From contig JAYUUB010000002.1 of NCBI GenBank assembly GCA_043755175.1, positions 12,067 to 76,066 on the forward strand: a stretch of DNA of 64,000 bases, given 5' to 3'. Shown piece after piece: positions 28,595 to 36,957 of this stretch (position 1 is its first letter; every line of letters begins with the position of its first letter). The notes under the pieces were generated by a model. It saw only the letters and a program-made list of their open reading frames with translations, had not been told where the DNA came from and made no database searches. This stretch comes from Polyangiaceae bacterium. GTDB lineage: Bacteria; Myxococcota_A; Polyangia; Polyangiales; Polyangiaceae. The position numbers were made by a program, and so were the translations under genes.

Positions 28595-29974
28595 CTAACT
28601 GACGCGCGTGGCGAGGTAGTCGATGAGATCGATCTTCGAAATGACGCCGACGATGGTTTCGCGATCCATGACGATCGCGATCTTCGCGTCGTTCAAGACG
28701 TTCTTGATGAGCTCGACGCGCGTCGTCGGTGTGACCGTGGCGTAGTCGCTCTCGACCATGTCTTGGATTTGGGTGTCTTGCGTCCGCCCGCTCACGAGAG
28801 CCTTCAACAGATCGCCCTCGTGAATGAGGCCGCGGAGCTTGCCCTCTTGGACGACCGGCATCTGGCTGATGCCGAACTCCTTCAGCTTGTTCACCACCTC
28901 GAGGATCGTGTCGGTGGTCTTCGCCGTCTCGACCTTGTGTGACGAGCCGCTCTTGTTGGCGAGAAGCTCGCGAACCGTGCCCATCGAAGGGCCTTCTTCT
29001 TCGAGGAATCCGTTCTCTCGCATCCAGTCGTCGTTGAATATCTTCGAAATGTACTTCGATGCGCCGTCGGCCAACATGACGAGGATGTTCTCCTTCTTGT
29101 TGGCCGCTTTCGCGTATTTGATTGCCCCCGAGACGGCCGCGCCGCCCGAGCCACCGACGAAGAGCCCTTCGAGGCGGACCAGATCGCGGGTCATCAGAAA
29201 GCACTCTTTGTCGTCGACGCGCACGACCTCGTCGATGATGTCGAGGTTGATGGTCGATGGAAAGAAGTCTTCGCCGATTCCTTCGACCTTGTAGCCGAAG
29301 GGTTTCGTGATGCGCTTGTCCTTGATGAAGTCGTAGTAGAGCGAGCCGACAGGATCGACGCCGACGAGCTTGATCTCGGGCTTGCGCTCCTTCAAGAACT
29401 TGCCGCTTCCGCTGATGGTCCCGCCCGTTCCGAGGCCGGCCACGAGCACGTCGAGCTCGGGCCCGCACTGCTCCCAGATCTCGGGCCCGGTCGACTTGTA
29501 GTGCGCCGCCGGGTTGTCGGGGTTGTGATACTGGTTCGCGTAGAACGCGTTCGGGGTCTCGTTCGCGATGCGCTTCGAGACCTGGTAGTAGCTGCGCGGA
29601 TCTTCGGGCTCGACAGCCGTCGGGCAGAGCACGACCTTCGCGCCGAGTGCGCGAAGCGTGCTCACCTTCTCCTGCGACATCTTGTCAGGCATGATGAAGA
29701 TGCACTTGTAACCGCGTACCGCAGCCATCATGGCGAGCGCCGCGCCGGTGTTGCCGCTCGTCGCTTCGACGATGGTTCCGCCGGGTTTGAGGCCTCGCCC
29801 TTCAGCCTCTTGGATCATGTTGCGAGCAACGCGATCTTTGTGGCTCCCCATGGGATTCAAGAACTCGCATTTGACGTAGATGTCGGCTGCGAGGCCCTCG
29901 GTCACCTTGTTGAGCTTCACGATCGGCGTGTTGCCGACGGCCTGGGTGATGTCGCTCTTCGCGCTCCGCATCAT
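28595..29974 (-). CDS. cystathionine beta-synthase-type enzyme (PLP Trp-synthase-beta fold plus tandem CBS domains)
   Basis: N-terminal GNTPIVKL...KCEFLNPMGSHKDR...TSGNTGAALA...GTGGTISG (CysK/CBS fold), and a C-terminal approx. 120 aa with two CBS-pair-like repeats. Confidence 0.85.
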   Translation of the reverse strand: MMRSAKSDITQAVGNTPIVKLNKVTEGLAADIYVKCEFLNPMGSHKDRVARNMIQEAEGRGLKPGGTIVEATSGNTGAALAMMAAVRGYKCIFIMPDKMSQEKVSTLRALGAKVVLCPTAVEPEDPRSYYQVSKRIANETPNAFYANQYHNPDNPAAHYKSTGPEIWEQCGPELDVLVAGLGTGGTISGSGKFLKERKPEIKLVGVDPVGSLYYDFIKDKRITKPFGYKVEGIGEDFFPSTINLDIIDEVVRVDDKECFLMTRDLVRLEGLFVGGSGGAAVSGAIKYAKAANKKENILVMLADGASKYISKIFNDDWMRENGFLEEEGPSMGTVRELLANKSGSSHKVETAKTTDTILEVVNKLKEFGISQMPVVQEGKLRGLIHEGDLLKALVSGRTQDTQIQDMVESDYATVTPTTRVELIKNVLNDAKIAIVMDRETIVGVISKIDLIDYLATRVS

Positions 29975-30090
29975 GCCTCGGTTCTAACCGCGAACACGGG
30001 GCAGCCACAAGCGGCTCTCGCGCTCGGCGGCGAACCGGGCCGCGCCGCGTCACCAGGCGGTGTGTCCGGGCGCGGCTTACGCGGGGAATC

Positions 30091-32244
30091 GTGCCCCGAA
30101 GGCCCGGGTGCGCTACGGTTCACGGCCGCCGCGACCCGAAAAAAAGTGTCTCCCACGCCGTGACCCACAGCACTCTTCCCAAGACCGGGCTCGTCTCGGC
30201 CTCCGCTCGCCGTTCGGTGCGGGTGGGCTGGGTCGGCACGCTCACTGGGCTCGTGCTCGGCGCTGCGGGGCAAGTCGCGATCGTGGCGTCGGGTCATGGC
30301 ACCAAGTGGGCCCCCGCGTTCGGACACCGCGTCTTCGGGACGCTTCTTCTGAGCGCCGCGTATGGGCTCGGGCTTTCGGTTCTCACGTTCGCGCTCTTGA
30401 TCGTGTCGGGTGGCCGAGCGAGGCGCGCGACCATCGTCCTGGTCTCGGCGGTCGGAGCCGTCGCGGTGCTCGTCCATGCGCTCGGCGTCGCCCTGCGGCT
30501 TTTAACCGGCTCGAACCTGACCACGACCGGGCTTCAGTATTTCTTCAACAGCGGAACCCACATCGCCAACGAGGTGCTGAACCGATTCGTGCCTCACCTC
30601 GTCGCGCTCGCGTTGGTCGGTTCCGTCGTCGGCTATGCATTGTCGAAAGGAGTTCGGTGGGCCTTTCGTACCGACGAACGCGCGCTCGGGCGGCGTGAGC
30701 TAGGGGCGATTTTCGCCATCGCGCTGCCGGCTTCTTGGTTCTGGCTCCTTCCGCTACCTCAAGCGTTCGCGGCGAGTGTCAGGCAGACCATGCCCGAGCT
30801 CGCGTTCGCAGCGTCGGTCGCCTCCGAGCGCGCGCACCTCGCCGAGCTCGGGGTCGACGCGAACGCCCTCTTGGCGCGCGCGCTCGCCACACCGCCGAAA
30901 TCGCGCGAGGCGAGCTGGAAAGCCGTCGCGAAGGCAACCGGTGTCAGGCCGAACGTGATCCTCGTCACGGTCGAGGCGATCAACATCCACCACCTCGGAT
31001 ACGAAGGTTACGAGCGCAACACCACGCCGAACCTCGACAGGCTCGCGCGTGAGGGGATTCGAACCGAGCGCGGGTACACGACCGCCACGCACTCGAACTA
31101 TGCGCAGATGGCGATCATCTCGTCGCTCTTCCCGAGGCGCGGCTCGTCGCTCGACATGTACACGAAGCTCGAATACCCGCGCGAGCTGCTCCACGACGTG
31201 ATGAACGAGCTCGGCTACACGACAGCGACCATCTCGAGCCAAGACGAGACGTGGCAAGGCATGAAGCGGTTCCAAGACACGGGAACTCCCACGTACTTCT
31301 TCCATTCTCCCGACGACAAAGGACCGCACCTCGACATCGGCACCGAGGAGGTGGTTCCCGACGAGGTCACGATCGATCACGTGCTCGACTTCATCGATCA
31401 CGAGACGAAGCGTCTGAAGCCGTTTTCGATCTACGTGAACCTCCAGTCGACCCACTTTCCGTACGCGATCCCCGAATCTGCCGCGCGCCCCTTCACGCCG
31501 TACGAGCCGAAGGGAGTTTTCAATTTCGTGAATTGGGGCGAGAGCGATCGGGAAGCTGTCACCAATCGCTACGACAACGCCCTCTTCTACATCGACACGC
31601 AGATGGGTCGGCTCGCCGACGGGCTCGCGGAGCGCGGGCTCGAAGACGACACGATTCTGGTCTTTGTCGCCGACCACGGGGAGATGTTCCGCGAGCACGA
31701 TCTCGTGACGCACGCTCGTTCACTCTACGAAGGCGAGGCGCGCGTCCCGATTCTCTTTCATTGGCCGGCCGGCGTGTCGCCGGGCATCGTCGAGACGCCA
31801 GTGTCGACGCTCGACATCTTGCCGACCATCCTCGACTTAATGGAGGTTCCTCCTCATCCGGCGATGCAAGGCGAGAGCGTTCTGTCGGACCGAGCCAACC
31901 CCGGCGCCGCGCTCTCTCGCGCGCACCCGGAAAGGCCCGCGGTGTTCCTCAACATTCAAGGCTGGAAGCACCTCGAGGCCGTCGTCTGTTTTCCGTACAA
32001 GATTATTTACGATCCTGTTGCAGATACAAGTCAATTGTTTGACTTGACCGGCGATCCAGGCGAGCTCACCGATCTGACGAGCTCGCTTCCCGCGATCTCG
32101 CGCGGCCTTCTCGACGTGCTCCACGCGCAGATTCGAGCTCAGCTCGAGTTCTACGGTGGTGAAACGGAGCTCGCTCGCTCCCACTTCGCGCCGCGTCTCC
32201 TTCGGTGCCCTCCGCTCGCGGCGCCCGTGGCTCCGACGCGCTGA
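30091..32244 (+). CDS. membrane-anchored sulfatase-like / alkaline-phosphatase-superfamily protein (LTA-synthase or phosphoethanolamine-transferase-like)
   Basis: Several N-terminal TM helices are followed by NVILVTVEAINIHHLGYEGYERNTTPNLDRLAREG and ...FVADHGEMF... There is no C/S-x-P-x-R formylglycine motif; the sequence reads TTATHSNYAQ. The start is uncertain. Confidence 0.7.
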   Translation: MPRRPGCATVHGRRDPKKSVSHAVTHSTLPKTGLVSASARRSVRVGWVGTLTGLVLGAAGQVAIVASGHGTKWAPAFGHRVFGTLLLSAAYGLGLSVLTFALLIVSGGRARRATIVLVSAVGAVAVLVHALGVALRLLTGSNLTTTGLQYFFNSGTHIANEVLNRFVPHLVALALVGSVVGYALSKGVRWAFRTDERALGRRELGAIFAIALPASWFWLLPLPQAFAASVRQTMPELAFAASVASERAHLAELGVDANALLARALATPPKSREASWKAVAKATGVRPNVILVTVEAINIHHLGYEGYERNTTPNLDRLAREGIRTERGYTTATHSNYAQMAIISSLFPRRGSSLDMYTKLEYPRELLHDVMNELGYTTATISSQDETWQGMKRFQDTGTPTYFFHSPDDKGPHLDIGTEEVVPDEVTIDHVLDFIDHETKRLKPFSIYVNLQSTHFPYAIPESAARPFTPYEPKGVFNFVNWGESDREAVTNRYDNALFYIDTQMGRLADGLAERGLEDDTILVFVADHGEMFREHDLVTHARSLYEGEARVPILFHWPAGVSPGIVETPVSTLDILPTILDLMEVPPHPAMQGESVLSDRANPGAALSRAHPERPAVFLNIQGWKHLEAVVCFPYKIIYDPVADTSQLFDLTGDPGELTDLTSSLPAISRGLLDVLHAQIRAQLEFYGGETELARSHFAPRLLRCPPLAAPVAPTR

Positions 32245-32254
32245 CGGATCCTAG

Positions 32255-33427
32255 ATGTGGGATGTCGCGATCGTCGGAGGCGGACCCGCTGGGTTGAGCG
32301 CAGCGCTCTTCTTGATCGCGGAGGCCCCGCGGCTCGTCGGTCGCGTGCTGGTGGTAGAGCGATCTCGGCACCCGCGCGACAAGATTTGCGCTGGTGCGAT
32401 CGGCGACCGCGCCGAGCGACTGCTCCGCGACATCGGCGTCGACGTCGAAGTCCCCTCGAGCCCAATTCGAGGCTTCGCGGTGACCGCCGCCTTCGCACAC
32501 CTGGTCGTGCGAGGAGAGAGGGCCGTCGGTCGCGTCGTGCGCCGTGACGCTTTCGACGGGCGACTGGCCGAGATTGCTCGATCACGCGGCGTCGCGTTTC
32601 GCGAAGACACCGTCGTCAGCGGTCTCGTCGCACACCGTGAGGGGGTGGAGCTCGAGGTCGATGGCGAACCCATCCGAGCGCGTGTGGTCGTCGGAGCCGA
32701 CGGCGTCGGAAGCATCGTCCGCCGCGCTCTGGGCGTGCCACGCGGCAAGCTCGTGGCGCAGGTCGCCGAGATCGACACCGAGCGAACGCGCGCCGACGTC
32801 GACGACGACATTCTTCATTTCGACCTCTCCGATCCCGAGCTCCGGGGCTACGCGTGGGACTTTCCCACGCCGATCGACCGCGCGACTCGAGCGTGCCGTG
32901 GGGTCTACGAGCTCCGCGCCGAGCGCGGCATCGAGCCGCGGGCCGAGCATGGTCAGAACGTCTCGGAGAGGCTCCTCGCTCGCGTCGGAGAGACGGCACG
33001 CTTGAGCTCGGTCAAGCGCTTCTCGGAGCGTGGGATCGAATGGCACGAGCCCATGTCGTGGCCGCGAATCCTCCTCGCCGGCGAGGCCGCAGGAATCGAT
33101 CCCGTGCTCGGCGAAGGGATCGCGCAAGCCATCTCGTATGGGCGCAGTGTCGCTCGGTACCTCGCACCGCGGCTCGCAGCCGACAGCCTTGCGTTCACCG
33201 ATTGGCGATCTTTCGTGCGACGTAGTCGGCTCGGTCTCGACCTCACTGCCCGCGTCGCGGCCATTCCGCTCGTGTACGGCCCAGGGCGGAGCCGCCTCGA
33301 GCGTTGGGTCACTCGGAGTCCGGCGCTCGCTCGGGCCGGACTCTCGTACTTCGCCGGCCAACGAGTGGCTCGGCTCGATCTAATGAGGGCGATCGTCGAC
33401 TTGGGGCGCGTCTTCGTCGATTGGTAG
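32255..33427 (+). CDS. FAD-dependent oxidoreductase (geranylgeranyl-reductase / monooxygenase-like)
   Basis: N-terminal dinucleotide-binding motif WDVAIVGGGPAGLSAALFL, and GADG...VRR and GEAAG motifs later in the sequence. Confidence 0.8.
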   Translation: MWDVAIVGGGPAGLSAALFLIAEAPRLVGRVLVVERSRHPRDKICAGAIGDRAERLLRDIGVDVEVPSSPIRGFAVTAAFAHLVVRGERAVGRVVRRDAFDGRLAEIARSRGVAFREDTVVSGLVAHREGVELEVDGEPIRARVVVGADGVGSIVRRALGVPRGKLVAQVAEIDTERTRADVDDDILHFDLSDPELRGYAWDFPTPIDRATRACRGVYELRAERGIEPRAEHGQNVSERLLARVGETARLSSVKRFSERGIEWHEPMSWPRILLAGEAAGIDPVLGEGIAQAISYGRSVARYLAPRLAADSLAFTDWRSFVRRSRLGLDLTARVAAIPLVYGPGRSRLERWVTRSPALARAGLSYFAGQRVARLDLMRAIVDLGRVFVDW

Positions 33428-33470
33428 CTCTGCCGTGCGGTCTGCTTCGCGCAGAGAGGGGCGGCTTCGA

Positions 33471-34154
33471 TCAGTTCGGCGCGTCGCTCGTGACCTGGAG
33501 GATCGCGTTCGTGAAGGTCGAGATCTCGAAGGTCGCGAAACCGTCTTCTGTCTTCGCGGGTGCGATGATCTTCCAGGTGAGGGTCTCTTTGCCCTTCGCG
33601 TCGGTCGCCGTCTCGCCGATCGCGAGGTTCGGCGATGCGATCTTCGCGGTCGGCAGCCGGAGCACGAAAGTCGGGCCTTTCGTCGTGATCGTCGAGAAGA
33701 TCTCGGCAGGAGGGATTTGGCCCTGGAGCCGATAGAGCGTGCCTGCGCCACCCTTGGCCTTCTTGGCCTTCTTGTCGATCATGAAAGTTATCAAGATCCC
33801 TCCGCCTTCGCTCAGCGCAAACTCGGGGATCCGCATGCTCGCGCCTTCGGTTCCGAGCTCGAGCTTCGCCGAGGGCGAGGCGCCAAAGGTGTTGGTGATC
33901 TTCTCGGCGTTCGAGAAGCTCACGCCCGGACGCCCGCTCGGCTTCGGTGTGGAGGGACCTTCGGCCGACGCAGACGGAGCGGGAGCGCCGGCGCTGGCCG
34001 TCGGCTCGGGCTCGGCAGTGTGAGCAGGAGCGGTCGCGGTGGCCTCGGGCTCCGCCTTCGGCTCGGGCGTCGGCGCCGAACAGCCTCCGAGCAGCCAAGA
34101 TGCCAACAGAACGATGCTTGCGGAGTGGAGTCGTTTTCGCGTTGTCATTGGCAT
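33471..34154 (-). CDS. hypothetical lipoprotein
   Basis: Start at ATG 34154 or 34148. The lipobox is LLASWLLGGC. A Pro/Glu/Ala-rich linker leads into a beta-rich domain. I recognise no family. Confidence 0.6.
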   Translation of the reverse strand: MPMTTRKRLHSASIVLLASWLLGGCSAPTPEPKAEPEATATAPAHTAEPEPTASAGAPAPSASAEGPSTPKPSGRPGVSFSNAEKITNTFGASPSAKLELGTEGASMRIPEFALSEGGGILITFMIDKKAKKAKGGAGTLYRLQGQIPPAEIFSTITTKGPTFVLRLPTAKIASPNLAIGETATDAKGKETLTWKIIAPAKTEDGFATFEISTFTNAILQVTSDAPN

Positions 34155-34339
34155 GCCTCTTTTTGATGGATCGCCCGAATGTACGGGGTTGGGCCGACGG
34201 GCCGCGGTCCAGCGTTTCGTCTGCTCGAGCCACACCCGAACGGCTTACGATTCTTCGGAGCTGGAGAAAGAGACCCGACCCACGTTTCGACGCGCGAATC
34301 GCGTCGAGTGGCTCAGGTCGCCTCGAAAGGGCCGCCAGC

Positions 34340-35050
34340 TCAACGGTTGCCCTTCACCACGTTCATGAGCGCAGAGAAGTCGTCGAGCGATGCCTTCGGG
34401 ATGTTGAGCGAGAAGCGTGATCGGAAGGGGCCTTCCGAGACGGTCCCTTGGTAGACGATGGGCGTCTGCCCTTTGTTGGGCAGGCCCTGGAACAGCTTTT
34501 CCATTTTCCCGCTCACGTCGAGCATGTCGTCTTCGCTGCCGCCGCCGCTGCCTCGAATGAAGAACACCGCCGCAAGCGCTCGAAAGCTTCCGAGCGTCAT
34601 GAACCCGCCCGATGCGACCTTGAGCGACTTGAGGCTTTGGGCGTCTGCGCGACCGTCGACGGTCTTGTCTTTCGGCGCACCGCTCTTGACCCCGAGCAGG
34701 CGCTCGACGAGCTCTTCGCGGTTTCCACCGAACGCGACCCAAGAGCTGTCTCCGTCGGCCATCACCAAAATGTAGAAGGTGACCGAGGCCGGAGCTTTGT
34801 CGCTCTTCGCGTCTTTGGCGTCTTTCTTCGGATCGCGTTTCGCGTCGGGCCTCTTGTCGTGCTTCTTTCCAAAGACGACGCCGATGTCCATTTCGAAGGC
34901 GCCCTTGCCGAGCTTCGCGGGCGGCGCCGGAGTCTTCACGGTCGGAACCACGTCGCTCAGGGCTTTCTTCAGCTCCTTCTGCATGCCGGGCTGGGCGTAC
35001 GCGCCGGCCGCGTCTTTCAGCCACTTCGCGACAGCATCAGCCTTCTGATT
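34340..35050 (-). CDS. C-terminal segment of the interrupted lipoprotein gene (or an independent ORF from ATG 34984)
   Basis: It is in the same frame as 35051-36307. The 22 codons between the TAG at 35053-35051 and ATG 34984 keep coding-like composition (17/22 G/C at third positions by my count). Confidence 0.5.
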   Translation of the reverse strand, partial: NQKADAVAKWLKDAAGAYAQPGMQKELKKALSDVVPTVKTPAPPAKLGKGAFEMDIGVVFGKKHDKRPDAKRDPKKDAKDAKSDKAPASVTFYILVMADGDSSWVAFGGNREELVERLLGVKSGAPKDKTVDGRADAQSLKSLKVASGGFMTLGSFRALAAVFFIRGSGGGSEDDMLDVSGKMEKLFQGLPNKGQTPIVYQGTVSEGPFRSRFSLNIPKASLDDFSALMNVVKGNR

Positions 35051-36307
35051 CTAGCCGATGAGGTTCCAACCCATCTGCGTGTCGAAGATGGCCCCGATCT
35101 TCTCGGACGCCGATTTCGGCGTCGAGGGCTTGGAGATCATGCGGTTACCGGTCGCCGAGACGATCTGTTCGCCCTTCAGCAGCGGGAAATCGAGCAGAGC
35201 GCTCAGCTTCTTGCGCTCGGCCTCGCTGCCGACCTTCAGCTTCGCGAGCCCCCCTTCGATGAGGTCTTTGCCGACACGCAGCATCGGGGCGTAGTCGTTC
35301 GGGTTGACGATTCTTCCGAAGGTGACCGAGTCGGCGTCGGCCGGCGCTTGGAAGAAGAGAGCTGGAAACGGTCCGCTCATGGCTGCTGCGGTTTCGCGCG
35401 CGATCCACGACGTCTTGCTCTTGTAGTCGACCGCGCCCTCGACGTTCACGCCTCCTTGCGGCGAGAGCGTCACGTTGAAGCTCACCTTGTCGACGTCGGC
35501 GAAGAGCGCGATGGCTTCGTCGGTGAGGCCGCGTGCGCCGGCCTCGATGGCTCGGTCGAACTGCGGCTCGCCGATCCCGAGCTCGCTTCGCGCGAGACGG
35601 GGCGCTTGTGGCGCGAGCTTGGCGAGGTCGGCTCCGAATCGCGCGTTGAGCGGCGACACCAACAGCTCGAGGGTGACGTCGCTCGCAGGCGAGGCTTGAG
35701 TCGAGAGGGTGCGTGTGAGGTAGCCGCCGAGCGCTTGAACGTCACGCTCGGACGGACCGCAGACCGCCCGCGCAGGTACCGGGCCCGACGCGACCGCGAC
35801 GACGCAGAAGGCCTTCGCGCGCTCTCCTCCGAACGCCCACATTCCGGGCGCGAGCTCGCGCGTCGCACCGAGCGCGATCTTGGCCTCGTCGAGCGACTTG
35901 AGCCCCACGGCGACCGCCATCATCGGCTCGGGGGGGCCATCGGTGGGCATGGCAGCCACGAAGTCGACCGGTGCGTCGAGCGCGACGACCGACGCGGCCT
36001 TCGAGGCGTCGACGTCGAGTCGAAGCCCACCGCGACCGGTGAGCTCTCGGAGTGTCGCCGTCGTCAGATCGCTCTGGGCGCCGCCGAAGCCGAGGGTCGC
36101 GATCGTCGCGGTCAGGCTTTTCGCACGGCCCGTGGCAAAAACGCCGGTGGGGGCGGGGACAGGGGAGAGATCGAACGCGGGAGCGGCGACCGCTGTCGCG
36201 GTGACGGCCGGCTTGGGTGCCGCCTGCTCGACGCGCGGAGGAGCAGAAGAACAGGCCGCGGTCGCCAGGATGACGGATAGCGAGATGAGGCGAAAAGTCG
36301 TTCGCAT
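35051..36307 (-). CDS. hypothetical lipoprotein, N-terminal segment ending at an in-frame TAG
   Basis: Start ATG 36307 (MRTTFRLISLSVILATAAC, lipobox). The ORF terminates at TAG 35053-35051, and the downstream ORF continues in frame. Confidence 0.6.
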   Translation of the reverse strand: MRTTFRLISLSVILATAACSSAPPRVEQAAPKPAVTATAVAAPAFDLSPVPAPTGVFATGRAKSLTATIATLGFGGAQSDLTTATLRELTGRGGLRLDVDASKAASVVALDAPVDFVAAMPTDGPPEPMMAVAVGLKSLDEAKIALGATRELAPGMWAFGGERAKAFCVVAVASGPVPARAVCGPSERDVQALGGYLTRTLSTQASPASDVTLELLVSPLNARFGADLAKLAPQAPRLARSELGIGEPQFDRAIEAGARGLTDEAIALFADVDKVSFNVTLSPQGGVNVEGAVDYKSKTSWIARETAAAMSGPFPALFFQAPADADSVTFGRIVNPNDYAPMLRVGKDLIEGGLAKLKVGSEAERKKLSALLDFPLLKGEQIVSATGNRMISKPSTPKSASEKIGAIFDTQMGWNLIG

Positions 36308-36381
36308 GGCCCGAGCCCATACACCCGATCGCCGGGCGTCGAAACGGGGAAGGGGCAGTGAAATGCCCTTCGCGCGAGGGG

Positions 36382-36957
36382 TCAGCCGCCCTTTCTGGCG
36401 ATGAACGGCACGATGCGATCGACGAACGCCTGTTTGTGGAAGCGGTCGAACTCGGACCAAGTCGTCAGCGTTCGAGGGTCTTTCACTCGGTCGAGAAACA
36501 CGATCCCGTCGAGGTGGTCGGTCTCGTGCTGAAAGGTCCCGGCCGTGAGACCGGTCACTTTTCGACGCTCTTCGTTTCCGTGTCGATCCCAGCTCGTGAC
36601 CTCGAGATCGGCGAACCGCTCGACCACGCCGCGAAGGTTGGGGACGCTGAGGCAGCCTTCGTAGTTCTCGAAGGTCTCGTCACCGACGGCCGTCAAAACC
36701 GGGTTGACCAAAATGGTCAGTGGCACATTCGGTTTGTAAGGGTAACGGGGATTGTCCTTCACTTCGATTGCACAAACCCGAACCGGCATGTGCACCTGCG
36801 GCGCCGCGAGGCCGGCTCCGTTCGCATCGCGCATGGTCTCGACGAGATCGTCGATGAAGGTTTGCATCGCGCCAGACGCGAGCTCTTCGCGCGTCACTTC
36901 GCGCGAGCGCTGACGGAGCACGGGGTGACCGAGTTGGGCGATCTCGAGGAGTGTCAC
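36382..36957 (-). CDS. def: peptide deformylase
   Basis: Motifs GAGLAAPQV, EGCLSVP and QHETDHLDG. The GTG start at 36957 overlaps the upstream stop (GTGA). The track ORF extends to 37293 but its N-terminus is Arg-rich junk. Confidence 0.9.
   Translation of the reverse strand: MTLLEIAQLGHPVLRQRSREVTREELASGAMQTFIDDLVETMRDANGAGLAAPQVHMPVRVCAIEVKDNPRYPYKPNVPLTILVNPVLTAVGDETFENYEGCLSVPNLRGVVERFADLEVTSWDRHGNEERRKVTGLTAGTFQHETDHLDGIVFLDRVKDPRTLTTWSEFDRFHKQAFVDRIVPFIARKGG

Noticed and set aside
34448-36280. 610-aa plus-strand ORF
   Set aside because: It is an antisense shadow of the interrupted lipoprotein gene.
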